Counted from the whole stretch's first letter, positions 11,473 through 25,207 are shown. The stretch is 56,312 bases of DNA, filler included, from Basidioascus undulatus (GCA_000826855.1; 4 parts of 4 records of this genome joined end to end with filler, not necessarily neighbours in it), one strand, 5' to 3'. Numbers and translations: made by a program. The notes: a model not told the origin generated them from the sequence alone.

Positions 11473-13962
11473 TCAGTCCCTCAGCAGCGCCTGCACGATG
11501 TGGCCGACCCGCAAGTGCCTTAAGTCCGTGTACGTCTGTCACCGATCGGTGCGTGAGTCTCGATGGCCGGACTCGTTCGATAGAAGAGCAGAACCACAGC
11601 GCACCTGTCCGCAACCCACAAAGAGGATTGGCTGTCCAGTCACGTATGTCATCGACAGCGCCGCGCCGACCTCTGACCGCCATATCACCCGTCAGCCCGT
11701 CTTCACACCAAAGAACTCAGGTCGCAGAACACGGACTGTCGTCGATCGTATCAAACTTGGTCAAGATCATCCCGTCGATCCCGCGGCCGGATCCGGCGCC
11801 CGCGGCGGCCGAGGACGAAAAGTCGCGGAGCGCGCGGTCGAATTTGGAGAGCTGGTCGACGGCCTCGTTCCCCACGAGCGCTTCGCCCACGAAGAGGATC
11901 TTGTCGGGGTGGTTGACGGAGACGAGCTGTGGGTGGAGTAATAGGAGGGTTGTATCAGATTGTGTGGTGGTGTGCGAGGAGGGCAAGCTGATAAGACGAG
12001 GCGGACCTTGGCGAGTGCGCGCATCAGCGGCTGCGAAAGCGGCAGGGTGTCAGCTTCAGACAAAGCAAGAGAAGGCGGGAAGATAGAATTCGAAAGCGTA
12101 CCTCGTTATCCTGCATCCTCCCCGCCGTATCGATCAAAACGACGTCGAAGCGCTCCTCGCGCGCATGTGCTATCGCGTCCTTCGCGATGCCCGCCGCGTC
12201 CTTCCCGTAGCCCTTCTCGAACAGCTGGACCTCGCCGCGCCCCGTACCGGCGTCAAGGAGGGAGAGGTTGCGGACGTGCACGCGGAGCTGCTCGACCGCG
12301 CCCGAGCGGAACGTATCGCACGCGGCGATGAGGACGCGCAGGTTGTTCTGCAGCAGCCAGAAGCACACTTTCGAGAGGTTCGTGGACTTGCCCACCTGTG
12401 GCAGTCCACCCATACAGCACGTTAGCAATTGCCTTTCCGAAGCGCAGAAGGGGGCAAGGAGAAAGGAAAGGATGAAGGGAAAGGAAGCGAAGGAGAGAAA
12501 GACGCACGCCGTTGACCCCGCAAAAGACCAGCGAGTAAGGGTCCGGCTTCGCCGCGACCGAGCTCGCGGACAGCGCGGGCTTCGCCGCGCTCCGCTTGCG
12601 GTTGATCTCGAGAAGGATGTCGGTGCTCGTCTTGGGCGTGAGGATTCGCGTGATGGCCGCGTCGAGCGCGGTGCGCACCTCGCTCTTCACCGCTAATTGA
12701 TTCCACCCCATCCACGGTCAGTCTCGTGTCCGCTCTCCCCGAAGGATGACAAAGGAGAAGACAAGGGCAGAGGAGAAAGCGCACACGTGAAGCTTCCCAA
12801 CTTCTTCCCCACCAGCCCCTTCTCCACGCTCTCGCACAGCTTCTCCGCAATATCCCGCGCCACATTCTTCCTCATCAGATGCTCCTTCATCGCCGCCAGC
12901 GCCGGCCGCACATCCTCGAGGCTAAGCGTCTTGCTGCCGGTAAGCCTGGCGAAAAGGCTCCCGAACGCGCCCTGCTGCTGCTTCTGCTGGGGCGCCGCAG
13001 TGGCGACGGCGGGGATGTCGAACTCGAAGTCGAGCTCGTCCGCGTCCGAGGACGCGTCGAGGTCGGCCACTTCGTATAGCCCTGAGGAGGTGCGCGTGCC
13101 GAGGGCGGAGGCGGAGACGAGCTCGGAGAGGTCGGACGGGGTGGCGGCAGGGGAGGAGGTGGTGGATGGCTTGTCCGTGCTGAAGTCCAGCGCGTCCATG
13201 TCCGCAGTGGTGATCTTGTCCCCCCAGCGGCGCATCTCCTTCTTGGGCGCCTTCTTCGGGCTGTCGGTCCTACATGGTCCGCCCGTATCTCTGATCAGTC
13301 GGATGCAGTGGGCAGGAGCATAGGGGAAGAAAAACGCACTCGGACTCCGGACCAGGCGTCGAGCTCCGACTCGCACTCCCTCCGCCCGCCCCGCCCTTCC
13401 CGCCCCGGCGCCCACCCCGACCCGCTGGAGAACACCGCAGGCGCGCCTTGAGCGCCTCGACGTTCTTGGCTATCTCCTGGGCGTCGACGGTGGTGGTGGA
13501 TGAGGTGGTGGGGACTACGAGCGGGAAGGGGTCGGTGAGCGGGTGATTCTGGGTGAAAGGAGGGTAGGGGAAGACGCACGCAGAGGAGCGTCGGTGGATG
13601 CCGAGGAGGCGGCGGCGGCGGCCTTGGCTTGCGCTTGAGAAGCGCGCGAGCGATTCTTCTTGGCCTGTTGTTTCCCATCTCACCCATCAACTTCCCTTCC
13701 TCGCCATCAACCCGGAGCAACCAATAACGCACCAGCGCGGCCTTGTCCTCAAGCCCCTTGAGGACCTTATCGAAGATGGCGTCCCAGCCCTTGAAGAGCG
13801 TCTTGAGCGCGTCGGGGCCGAGCACACGCGCGGCGTCCTTGCCCGAGAGGGAGGCGACGAGCGTCGCGAGCACGGGCTCGAAGAGCGAGAGGAAGAGCTG
13901 CTTGATCGTCTCGAGGAGCTCGTCGACGTACGTGAGCTGGAGCATGCGCGAGTAGGCGACCT
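11473..13962 (-). CDS. SRP101: Signal recognition particle receptor alpha subunit (5' end off contig)
   Basis: [16 protein letters not shown] (SRX domain), [70 protein letters not shown]; stop at 11475-11473. Confidence 0.95.
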
Positions 13963-14008
13963 GCATGGCACCCAGAGTGAGCCCACGGGGAGGGGGGGGA
14001 GGGGGGGC

Positions 14009-14108
14009 NNNNNNNNNNNNNNNNNNNNNNNNNNNNNNNNNNNNNNNNNNNNTTAATTAATTAANNNNNNNNNNNNNNNNNNNNNNNNNNNNNNNNNNNN
14101 NNNNNNNN
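14009..14108. other. Artificial contig linker N44-TTAATTAATTAA-N44
   Basis: Exactly 100 bp, six-frame stop cassette, identical to the other two linkers. Confidence 0.99.
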
Positions 14109-14304
14109 TGGCCACGAACCACGCACTCACGACCGCACCTTCCCGCTTGCTCACCGTCTTTTCTCTTGCCCTCCCCGCCCCTTCGCCGGCGTTCACGCGC
14201 GTTGCTCGAGCTGGCATCGCGCGTGTCCGGGCTGGCCACGAACCACGCACTCACGACCGCACCTTCCCGCTTGCTCACCGTCTTTTCTCTTGCCCTCCCC
14301 GCCC
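14109..14304 (+). repeat. Direct repeat, 72-bp identical copies at 124-bp period, at contig start
   Basis: tggccacgaaccacgcactcacg...ctccccgccc at 14109-14180 and 14233-14304. Confidence 0.95.
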
Positions 14305-14356
14305 GCGCCAATCACCTCGCTATCGAACACCTGCGTCCTCGCTACCGACCCGCCCA

Positions 14357-17300
14357 ATGTCGTCGTCGTCGAGCAGGGAGGAGCAGCCCGCGTGGACGGT
14401 CGTCAATGAGGCGCGCCCATTCCCCTGCCCGGTCTCCCACCGGCACACGCACGCATCTGACACCCCTGCCGTTCCCCCGGGCTGGCACTTGGACTCTTGC
14501 AGGATCTCGGTGAAGCTCCGACGACGCAGGAGCTGCGGTCTGCGCTCGAGAAGGGCTCGGACGAGGTCAAGCTCGAGACCCTCCGCCGCATCATCGTCCT
14601 CACCCTCAACGGTCAGCCTCAGGTGCGCTGTCTGATCTACTTGTCGCGGGGGTGACTGTTGGTAGCTAAACGCGCGGGACGGGGGCAACCACACAGCCCC
14701 AACTCTTGATGCCGATCATCCAGTTCGTGCTGCCCAGTCGGAACAAGCAGATCAAGAAGCTGCTGCACTTCTACTGGGAGGTCTGCCCTAAGTACGATGA
14801 CGCTGGCAAGCTCAAGCAGGAGATGATTCTCGTCTGGTGCGCTAGGCTCTTCCTGTTCCTTTATCTTCTGAACTGCACACCTCACACCCCTGCCTCCCCA
14901 GTAATGCCATCCGAAACGACCTTGTCCGTCTTCCCACCCGCCCACTCCCTGCCCCACTCCCTCGCTCACGCCCCATCCTCTCCCTCCCCCCTCTCCAGCA
15001 ACACCCTAACGAGTACATCCGCGGCTCCACTCTTCGCTTCCTCCAAAAGCTTTCGGACTCCGAGCTGCTCGAGCCGCTCGTACCGACCGTGCGCGCGTGC
15101 CTTGACCACCGGCACAGCTACGTTCGGAAGAACGCCGTCTTCGCCGTCTACACCATCCACCGCCAGTTCGACTACCTCATCCCCGACGCCGCTGAGCTAC
15201 TGCAGGCGTTCCTCGGCGCTGTGCGTGAAGTGTCCCTGGGCAGTCTGTTCGGGGGAAAGGCGGGACGCTGACGAGAGGATTCACTGGCTGGGCGAATGGG
15301 CGGCACCTGCAGGAGTCGGACGCGACCTGCAAGCGCAACGCATTTGTCACACTCAACGCCATCGCGCCCCAGACCGCCATCGAGTACCTGTACTCGGTCT
15401 TCGACCAGGTCGCGACGTTCGACGAGCTCATGCAGCTCGCGGTGATCGAGCTCATCCGCAAGGACTGCCGGGACGACTCGCCTCAGAAGGTACGTGCTGC
15501 ATGACTGTGGGGTGCGGGACTGGAGGGAATCGAACAAGGGTGTTCCCGGGGGCGGCATGGAGCTGATTGGCTGCCACGGGGTGGATTTACAGGGCCGCTA
15601 CATCCGCACCATCTTCGAGCTCCTCAATGCCCCGTCCCACTCGGTCAAGTACGAGGCCGCCACGACCATCACCGCCCTCACCCAAAACCCCGCTGCCGTT
15701 AAGGGTGCGTCCCCATTCAAACCGGCTGGAGCGCTTCAGAGAATGCTAAACCCCCTATGCCCATTCAGCCGCCGCCTCTGCCTACATCGAGCTGATTGTC
15801 AAGGAGTCCGACAACAACGTCAAGCTCATCGTCCTCTCGCGCTTCAACGACCTGCGCCAGAAGCACGAGCACGTGCTTGACCCGCTCGTGATGGACATTC
15901 TCCGTGTCCTGTCTGCGTACGCCGATGCTTTCGCGTTCTCGATGTCGGTTGGCCGTGGTGGCTGACGCTTGGGCTGGAAAAACCGGGCAGACCGGACATG
16001 GAGGTCAAGCGCAAGGCGCTCCAGATCGCGCTGGACATGGTCTCGAGCCGGAACGTCGAGGAGGTCGTGCTCTTCCTGAAGAAGGAGCTCACCAAGACTG
16101 TCGAGTCGCAGGAGTACGAGAAGGTGCGTCCATCCTTCCACTTCCCATCCCCTTCCTCGTATTCCTCAGCATCTGACGAACCCCCATCCCCCCAGAACAT
16201 CGAGTACCGCCAGCTTCTGATCCAGTCGATCCACTCCTGCGCGATCAAGTTCTCCGAGGTAGCCGCGAACGTCGTGCACACGCTCATGGAGTTCCTCGGC
16301 GACTCGAACAACCCCTCCGCCGTCGACGTCATCTCCTTCGTCCGCGAGGTCGTCGAGAAGTTCCCCGGCCTCCGCGCGTCCATCACCGAGAAGCTCTTCC
16401 ACACCTTCGCCGACATCAAGAGCGGCAAGGTCTTCCGCGGCGCGCTGTGGATCGTCGGAGAGTACGCGGAGAACGAGCAAGGTGCGTCGCCCGTCCACGT
16501 TCATCCGTCGCAGTACAGGCCGGCCGGCCGGCTGAGATGAGTTGTGCGGGGGTCGAACAGAAATCAAGGAGACGTTCGAGCGGATTCGGCAGGTGCTCGG
16601 CGAGGTGCCCATCCTTGCGTCGGAGCAGCGGCTACTGGACGAGGCCCAGGCTGAGGGCGCCACGGAGGACGATGCGGCCCGCGCGGAGGCCAAGCCGATC
16701 ACCACCACACGTGTCCTCGCCGACGGGACGTACGCGACTGAGACGACGTACTCGTCTGCTAACGACGCGGCGAAGCTTGCGGCTGTCAAGGCTGCCAGCA
16801 AGCCGCCTTTGCGCGGTGCGTCTTGGTGGGATGGGCTGTCCAGTCCAGCGAGTCACTGACACGACTGGCGATGGGGACACAGGCCTCATCCTTGGCGGCG
16901 ACTTCTTCACCGGCTCCGTCCTCGCGTCCACGCTCGTCAAGCTCGTCCTGCGCTTCAGCGAGCTATCCTCGGACGTGCAGGCGACGAACTCTCTGCGCGC
17001 AGAAGTGCGCTGTCCTATCTCTCGCACATGGTGGCAATCTTGGCGGTGTACTGACACTGCGCTTCTTCCCGCAAGGCCATGCTTATCATGACGTCGCTCA
17101 TCCGCGTCGGGCAGTCCAAGTTCGTCTCGGCGCCCATCGACGAGGACTCGATGGAGCGAATCCTCTCATGCGTGCAGGCGCTCGCGGACGCCCCGACCAA
17201 CGCGATGGCCAGGACTGTCCGGGAGGTCTTCCTCAAGGACACGAAGGCGGCGTACGCCAAGATGGTCGCACACGAGGAGGTGCGTTGGATCGGTGCTCGA

Positions 17301-18781
17301 GTAGCGGACGAGGAGGGTGGCTGATGCGGCGGGGACGGGGCGAGCAGAAGAAGGCGGCGGAGAAGCGGGCGAAGGACGCCAAGCAGGTCAAGGTCCAGCC
17401 GGATGACGTGATCTCGTTCAGGCAGTTTGCGAAAAAGACGGCGGATGGGAACGTGGACGAGGTGCGCAACAGTAGTTGACTTCCTTGTGCGGATGAGCAT
17501 GGCTAAGCAGACGGAACGTTGGACACTACAGTTCGAGCTGGACCTCACGCGGGCGACGGGTGCGGGCGAGATCAAGGACGACTTCCTGTCCAAGCTCAAG
17601 CGGATCGTGCAGCTTACTGGTAAGTAAAGCCGTGCGGTCGAGTGCGAGAGGGAGTTAGTTGACCCGACCACGCTCCAATAGGCTTCTCCGATCCGGTCTA
17701 CGCCGAGGCGTACGTAAACGTGCACCAGTTCGACATCATCCTCGGTCAGTCGCAGCGGTTACCCCTCAAAACATGCGTTTCCTTGACAACGGGTTCCCAT
17801 TACAGACGTCCTCATCGTCAACCAGACAAGCGAAACGCTGCAAAACCTCGCGATCGAGTTTGCGACGCTCGGCGACCTCAAGCTCGTCGAGCGGCCAGGG
17901 CAGCAGACGCTCGCGCCTCATAGCTTCCACAACGTCAAGGCGACTGTCAAGGTCCGTTGACGGTTCATAGTGCCGGGAACAATATCAGGACAGGTGCTAA
18001 CGCCGGTTTGGCTGGCTGGGATAGGTCTCCTCTACCGAGACTGGCGTAATCTTCGGCAACATCGTGTACGAAGGACCGGGTACGAACGACAATGTCTGCG
18101 TCGTGCTCAACGACATCCACATCGACATCATGGACTACATCAAACCGGCGTATTGCAACGAGGCTCAGGTGCGTTCCGGTGCAGGGTGCGCGCGGCGAGG
18201 TACTGGCTGATGAAGCCCACGTCGCTCCGCAGTTCCGGTCAATGTGGAGCGAGTTCGAGTGGGAGAATAAGGTTCACGTCAACACGTCAATTACGTGAGT
18301 TTCTCGTTTCGCACGCCAACGCGAGCACGGACGCTGATGTACGCTGCTTGGCTTGTTGCAGCGACCTGCGCGTCTACCTCAGCCACATCATGCAGTCGAC
18401 CAACATGTCTTGCCTCACGCCCGAAGCAGGCCTATCGGGCGACTGCGGCTTCCTGTCGGCCAACATGTACGCTCGCAGCGTGTTTGGTGCGTCGCTCGCT
18501 TTCTTCCCGTTCACCCCCTTTGAAACGGTGCAGCTGAACCTGAATCTCGACCGTAGGGGAGGACGCTCTGGCGAACTTGTCGATCGAGCGACACGAGGAC
18601 ACGGGCGCGATCCAGGGCCACGTGCGGATTCGGTCGAAGACGCAGGGCATCGCGCTGAGCTTGGGAGACAAGGTGCGTTCCTGACGCGCTGTGTCTGCGC
18701 GCTTTGCACAATCCGCTGACGGCCATTATCTCGGGCCGTTGGATGCAGATCTCCCTTGCCCAAAAGGCGGTCGCGATCTAG
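14357..18781 (+). CDS. SEC26: Coatomer beta subunit (beta-COP), about 20 introns
   Basis: [116 protein letters not shown] 18779-18781. Confidence 0.97.
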
Positions 18782-19084
18782 ATCACGAAGATGTCGGGTT
18801 CGGTGAGGTGGAGCTCGAGTGGTGGTTGTTGACGGACTGAGCACGCGTTGTACATCCTCTATTCTCGCGCCCTTGTTTGACTTACATTTCATCTTTCGGT
18901 ATTTCTCTGCATCACTTGGGTCTCAAGGGTTGGGATGTCTGTCCACAATAACTTTTCAGAGTGCGGGCTGTGTATGGGTCGAAAGGAGAACTTAATAGCC
19001 CGATACATGACACGATGTAAGAGGTAAAGCAGATGCATAAACAACAGTGCATCGCCAACAACCCAGCACAATGCTTCATGTGCC

Positions 19085-22000
19085 TCATGCATCATCAGTC
19101 GCCTCCGTCATCGCCTCGGAGCTAGCGTAGTCTAGCAGCATCCCGAGACCACCGCCAGCCTTCTCCGGACTGGACGACCGCGACCGAGTGCTCGTCGTCT
19201 CCGTCGTTGCCTTCCCTTTGCCCTTCGCGACGCTTGTCGTCTGCTTCTTTCCGGGTCCCTTCGCGCTGCCCTTCGCGGAAGACAAAGACGGCTCGGCAAC
19301 AGCGTCCTCGTCTTTGCTGCTGCGATGCATGGCACGCTTAGCGGCGGATACAGGCGTGTCGTTTCCGGTCGACGAGGGCTGCTCGTCCTTGCTGCTGCAA
19401 CACGTGGCGCGCTTGGGAGCGGCCACAGGCGTGTCGTTCGCGGTCGAAGAGGTCTCCGCGTCCTTGCGCTGCACGCGGGTAGAACGCCTGGACGTCGTGG
19501 GCGATGTTGGCAGGTTGGACTTGGCCAGCGAAGACGTCTGCGGCGGTTGAGGCACGTCCTTCGACCTAGTCTGGCGCGTGGTCGAAGCGGGCTGCGCCTT
19601 GCCCCGCTTCTTGGTCTTCGTTGGGGTGATTTCCTGCTCCTGCTTCTGCGAGGGCGGCGCGTCGGGATCGTCAGACAACTCAGAGTCATCGCCTTCGTCG
19701 TTGAAGCCAGAGACGCGCACGGGCGCGGTAACGGCTGGTTCGGTGGGTGCGCGGGTAGCCGGAGGCTCGAGGGCGGGAGAGGATTGAACAGCGGGCGGTG
19801 ACGGGGCGGTAGGGGACCGAGTAACATCCGCATGCGAGGGGCCGGATTGAACCTCGGGCTCGATGTAGGCGGTAGCAGGGCCCGCAACATCGTCCGCGGG
19901 CTTAGACGCGTCTGCAGCAGGCTCGACGGACGCGGCAGGTTTCGGAGGTGCAATAGGCTCGATAGGCGCCGTAAGTTCGGGAGGCGCTGCGGTAGCTGTG
20001 GCTTGGGAAAGAAGCGTGGGAGGACGGTCGACCTGGACGGGAGGAGTGGGAGGACGCTTCGCCTGGACGAGAGGACTGGCTGGACGGTCGACTTGGACGG
20101 GAGGGGCGGGAGGAGCGGGAGCAGGGGCATCCGGTGCGGAGGGAGCCGTGCTGGAGCCCGGAGCAGCAGCAGCGACGGGCGGTGCAGGCTCGACGCCGGA
20201 CATTGGCTGGTCTTGCTTTGGCGCCTCGACATTCTGTTGTAGTTGCCTCGTCAGCCTCGTCTGCACATCAATCCGAAGCGCCTAGCTCAGCCCCTTACCG
20301 GCTGCTCCACTCCTTCTTCCTCGACCTCTCCTTCCTCCGGCTCCTCGCCCTTCTCGAGGGGCGACTTGCCCGTCCGTTGGCGTTTCGTTGTGGGCTCCGA
20401 CTCCTGCTTGGCAGGACTGGCCGGGCGGGGCGGCGGTGGCGAGGGCGGGCGCGCGTCCAGAGCAGGTTGGGGGAAAAGAGGTGGGCGGCGCGCCTCCACA
20501 GAAGGTCGCTGCGGGGGAGGTGGGGGAGGGGTACGCCTATCAGAATACTTCGATGCGCGATGTTGACGGTCAGAGCCGTCGCGGCGATCGTCGTGCCGCC
20601 GGTCGCCGTGGTCGTGCCGCCGGTCGCCGTGATCGTGATGGCGCTCTGGATAATCGCTGCGATGCCGCGAGTGCTCGCGGGAGTATCTGCGCCGCGAGCC
20701 GTCCCGGTCCTCCGAACGGCCGTATGCGTCTCGGTCGCGCCCGCTCGGGCTGCGGCCGCGCCGACGGTCGTACTCGCCCGGAACATCGCGGTCGTTCTCG
20801 CGCGGGTGCTTGTACTCGCGACGCTCTTGCTCGATCGCGGCCTCGCGCTCTTCGTATTGCGCCTGCCGGCGTTCCGCGTCGTAGTCGCGGCGACCGACCA
20901 GCGGCGACCTCGAGCGCGACTTGGACTTCTGCTTCCCGTCCTGCGGTGCGCGAGCCTTCGATGGCGAGAGACGCGCGTGGGAGGAGGTGGGGGGCTGCAA
21001 TGGCGATACGGGGCGGGGAGGGAGGCCGTGATGAGGGGGCGGAAGATGGGAAGGGGGCTTGGGCGGGCTACGCGAGCGCCGTCCGTGGTCAGACGGGCTG
21101 CGCGAGCGCTTCCGCGCGCCGCGGTTCGCAGGCGGCCCCGGACTGCGGCCGCGCTTGTCGGGGCTGCGCATCGGCTGTGGTGGGCCCGCCGTAGGCTCGA
21201 GTTGGGTCGGGGGGTGAGGACGGGCAGGAAGGGACGGGTGCTGGGACAGGTTGAGCAGCGGGGCGTGGACGGCGGGGGGGAAAGGTGGGGGTGCGGCCGG
21301 TGCTGGAAGTGCGGGAGCGGATGGCGGAAGGGGTGGAGGTGGGGGCTGATCGATAGGCGGCGCAGACTGCTGGCGAGGATTAAGTAGAACCTCGTCGTCC
21401 GACATCTCCATTTCGGCGTCGTCGGAGCCGGGATGGCCGCCCTCGAGCCGTCCAGGCGTCGGACCAGTCGAGACGGTAGCCGCAGGCGTGGGGGCGCTTG
21501 CGCCGCGTCCAGAAGGCGTGGAGTCGACCCGGCCGCCCTTCGCGGGTTCGGGCCATGGCCCTCCGGACGTCGGCCGCGCGTGGGGCTCGCTGCCGGGCGT
21601 CTTAGCCAGGGCGTAGCCGGGCGTCTTGCTAGACGGATACCCGGACGTCTTCCCCGTCGCCCGTCCATCCGCCTTCGGCGTCTTCGCACCGAGGCTGCGC
21701 GCACCGGGCGTGCGCTCCCCGTTGGGCGGGTCGATCTCCATGTCCGCCTCGCTGTGGCTCGGCTTGATCTCGGGCCGCAGCGGCGGCGGCGCGAAGTCGG
21801 GGATGGGAAGCGCGGAGGGGAAGTGCTCGAGCACGAGCTCGATGCGCGTTTTGATGGTCGGCTTAGCGAGACGCGCGGTCGCTTCGGGCTTTGCGGACGG
21901 GGCGTACTTGGCGGTGACGGCGATGATGTGGAAGATGCGGGAGACGGCGTCTGCAAAAAAAAAAAAAAAACCGGTCAATCGGTTGAACGCGAAGACCTTC

Positions 22001-22953
22001 AGTGTACGGTGAAACGCACCTCCTACAGCTTTGCGAACCTCCTCCTCGGGCCCCTTCAGCCTGAATGTGCCCATCCACTCGCTCGACGCCCAGTCCAGAC
22101 GAGAGAGCGTGAAGTCAAGCTCGGGCGAGCAGGTCGCCGAGCCGAGCACGGTAGCCGCCGCAGCGATGACGTTCGGTGGGTGGATGAGGCAGTTGGTCGA
22201 GCGTTGGCTGCGAAGTTCATAGGAGCTCATGAGCATCTCATGCGAGCCTCAGAGGATCCAACGAGAAGAAGACGCACGAGTCGTTGACCCACCCCCACAC
22301 GGCGTCCTTCCCCAGCGGGCCCAACCCAAGCGCGTCCGCAGCGCGCGCGACGAACGCGTACGGGTTCTGTACGATGAGGTCGAACGCGAGGCTGCGGACC
22401 ATCTTGTTCTCGCAGTCGAGGACCTGCTGCGAGTACCGCTCGCCCTCGTTCTGCAGTCGGCGCAGGCGCGCCGCGTTGTCCTTGTCCTTGTGCAGCCGCG
22501 CCAGGCCGACCTCGACAAGCGACTTGAGCCGGTGATGCGCGTCCTCGGACTTGAACGCGATGAAGAGTGCGGCGAGGGCCGCGACCTGGGGGGAGGGTGC
22601 GGCAAGGTGAGGATCCAAGGGTTGGGCGCACGTGCTGGACGTCGGACGCACGAAGGTGTGGTGGTCAAGAAGAGAGTGCCGCATGTAGAAGCGGTGCACG
22701 TAGGTGGAAGCCGTCGCCAGGACCTCTTGCTTTCTAATCCCTTTCCTCATTTTCAGCTCACTCTGACTACTCCACAGACGAAGGCTCGCACGTACAGCCG
22801 CATGTTGACGCCGACGCGCATGACCATGTCGACGGCCTTGGCGCGCCCGACCGCCTCCAGGTCTCGGTCGAAACCGTCAATAATAGATGGCGTATCCCGT
22901 TCGACGTGCTCGGGCGTGAAGAGCCAGTCGGAAGGGAATGGGTCGGGTGCCAT
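19085..22953 (-). CDS. Transcription-type cyclin (cyclin T/K/L-like) with very long low-complexity C-terminus
   Basis: WLFTPEHVERDTPSIIDG, LATASTYVHRFYMRHSL, ALFIAFKSED, ENKMVRSLAFDLIVQNPY, WGWVNDS, CLIHPPNVIAAAA. A GTAAGG..CTGAC..CAG intron (~20298-20234) joins ORF 20287-22236 in frame to ORF 19085-20266. Confidence 0.85.
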
Positions 22954-23659
22954 GATGGGCGAATGCGAGGTCGAGGATCTGCGAGGGGCGATGTGCATGA
23001 GCCCTTCCGACCATGGCTCATGAGGTTCAGCTGCCGGGGATCCAGCGCTCTGCGGTAGCGCTGAGACTCTCCCGCATATGCCTCGCCCGTCCAGCCCTCA
23101 GCTGATTGCAGGAGCCGAGAGCCATCGTAGAGCAGCCGATCGTCCGGAGCAGACTCACGAAGTCCCCCTACGAAGGTTCCCGCCTTTGATCGAACCTTCC
23201 CGCGAGAGCGCCTCGTCTACAAACAAGTGCTTCGATGTCCGGGGGACCTTCGAAGGTTAGTGATCGCGGTAGATGATGAGCGTGAACGTGGTGAGTGCGA
23301 AATGGCATGGGAAGGCGACTTCGTCGCTGCGGCGAGTGTTCCGCGGGCCATGCCCAAATGATGGGCCTGACGCGTGGCTCGATAGCGCCAAACAACTTGT
23401 GGTCCCAATTGAGGAAGCGGCTCACACGCGCTTTGAATGTTGCGTTTATGATGATGGGGTGTACGGAAAACGTATGCTCTGCTTTGTATCTGGTAATGAG
23501 GCACCCTCGGCTGGGAGCGACCCGGCCCGGCTACCCTCAACAACGTTTTTGGCGTTGCTCCATCGCAGGCAACGTCCGCGAAGTACATGATACGGTAGAT
23601 CCGCTCGCTGTTCTGTATGAGGTGTATCTGGGTATCGATTATAAAGTATCTCAAAAGAT

Positions 23660-25207
23660 TCAAAGCTTCGACGTCTGCGGTACGCTGCCCTCCCCCGACT
23701 CCGCGCCCGTCTCCTGCAGCACCTCGCTCGGCGCCTGATCAACCTTCCCCTCCCGCTCCCCCTCCCGCGCGCCCGACTCCTTCTTCGACACCCGCTCCAG
23801 CACCCACCCCAGCACGTCCCGCGCGACGTGGAACTTGTCCTCCTCCGGCTCTTGGAACAGCTCGTGGAAGTGGCCCTGCGCCAACAACCCAGCGAGTCAG
23901 CAAAGGCGAGGGAGGAAGTGAGAAGAATGGATGGGCGAGAGAGAATGGGAGAGAGAGGATGGGAGGGAAGGGGAGGGATGGACGGACAGGGTAGGACTTG
24001 AACGTCTTGTCCTCTGACGGACAGTCGCGGACGAACTGCTCGGACGCCGCGCAGGAGGTGACTTCGTCGGCATCGCCGTGGATTATGAGGAGCGGAAGGG
24101 AGGACGGGAAGCGCTTGTAATCTTTTGTGGCGAGGTTGATGCCGCCCTGGAGGGATGGAGTGGAGCGTCAGCACGGCGAGAGAAGAAGGGGTGTTGAGGG
24201 AAGGGGACGCCGCACGGTAAGCATGTCGCCCACGCCACGCAGCTGCGCCCGGGTGCGCTCATCAGCTTCGGAAGGAGTGCGTGAAGCGGAAAGAAGAACC
24301 GCACCGTCCCAACAGGATCACACAGCTTGTCCGTCGCAAACTGCGCCTGGATCTTGGGGTCTCTGCATACGAGCTGCCCCCCGCCTCACTAGTTTAGCCT
24401 CTCCAGTCCAGGCCGCCCAATTGTGTCCACCCAAAACAACGAGAACGCACCTTCGGGTCCACCGTACTCCGCACAGTCATCGTCCGCGTCAACCTAGCCA
24501 CGAGCATGCCCGCCGCCCTCGTCACGCCCCATACGGGATGCGCCTGGCGGATGAGCGGGCTGCACGAGATCACGCCCGCGAGGGGCGGGAGGGGGATCGG
24601 CGGCGAGCGGGTGACGGTGCCGAGGGAGAGGCCGCCGCCCTGTCCCAAGTCCAAGTCCACCAAGCGTGAGACGCGAGTAGTTAGTAGAGAAAGTACGCGG
24701 GTTTAGCACGCACCATAGAGTGGCCCATGAGGAACAAGGGCAAAGAAGAGTCGTGCGATGCCGCAAAGCGCTGGATGAGGAGCGCGATGTCGCCGAACTG
24801 TTCGGGCCAGCTCGTCTGCCCCACGCCGCCCTTGCCAGGCGGAGGCTGCTGGTGCGCCGTCTTCCCGAATCCTTCACCCCGCCACTCCAGTATCAGTCTG
24901 CATGCCCTCCGTCAAGACAACGCCGTCCACTGCTCACCGCGCTGGTCGAACGCGAAGACCTCCACGCCCTCCGCAGCGAAGAGGGGGAAGATGTGGTCGT
25001 AGCGCTCGATGTACTCGGTGAATCCTACGCGATTCCCGGCTTTTCAGTCAGAGCGCTTGTGGAGGGGGCGGGAGGAGACGCACCGTGGATAAAGAAGAGG
25101 AGGGCCCGCGGGGAGGGCTGGGCGTGCCAGGTCTTGGTGTACAGCTGGACGCCGGACGGCGTAGGGAGCCACTCAATCGTCGTCTTCACGTCGGGGACAG
25201 TGGTCAT
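23660..25207 (-). CDS. Monoacylglycerol lipase/lysophospholipase (Yju3-like alpha/beta hydrolase) with C-terminal SKL
   Basis: LYTKTW...FIHGFTEYIERYDHIF, VFAFDQRGFGKT, nucleophile GHSMGG, IIHGDADEVTS, GHFHELFQEP; ends PQTSKL*. Confidence 0.9.

Noticed and set aside
19132..22287. Long overlapping and antisense ORFs (e.g. 20134-21387 +, 20295-21956 -, 19132-20232 -)
   Set aside because: Shadow frames expected from GC-rich, low-complexity coding sequence; no motifs.
23040..23640. Possible small gene between cyclin and lipase
   Set aside because: Only short unlinked frames; no coherent exon chain or motif.
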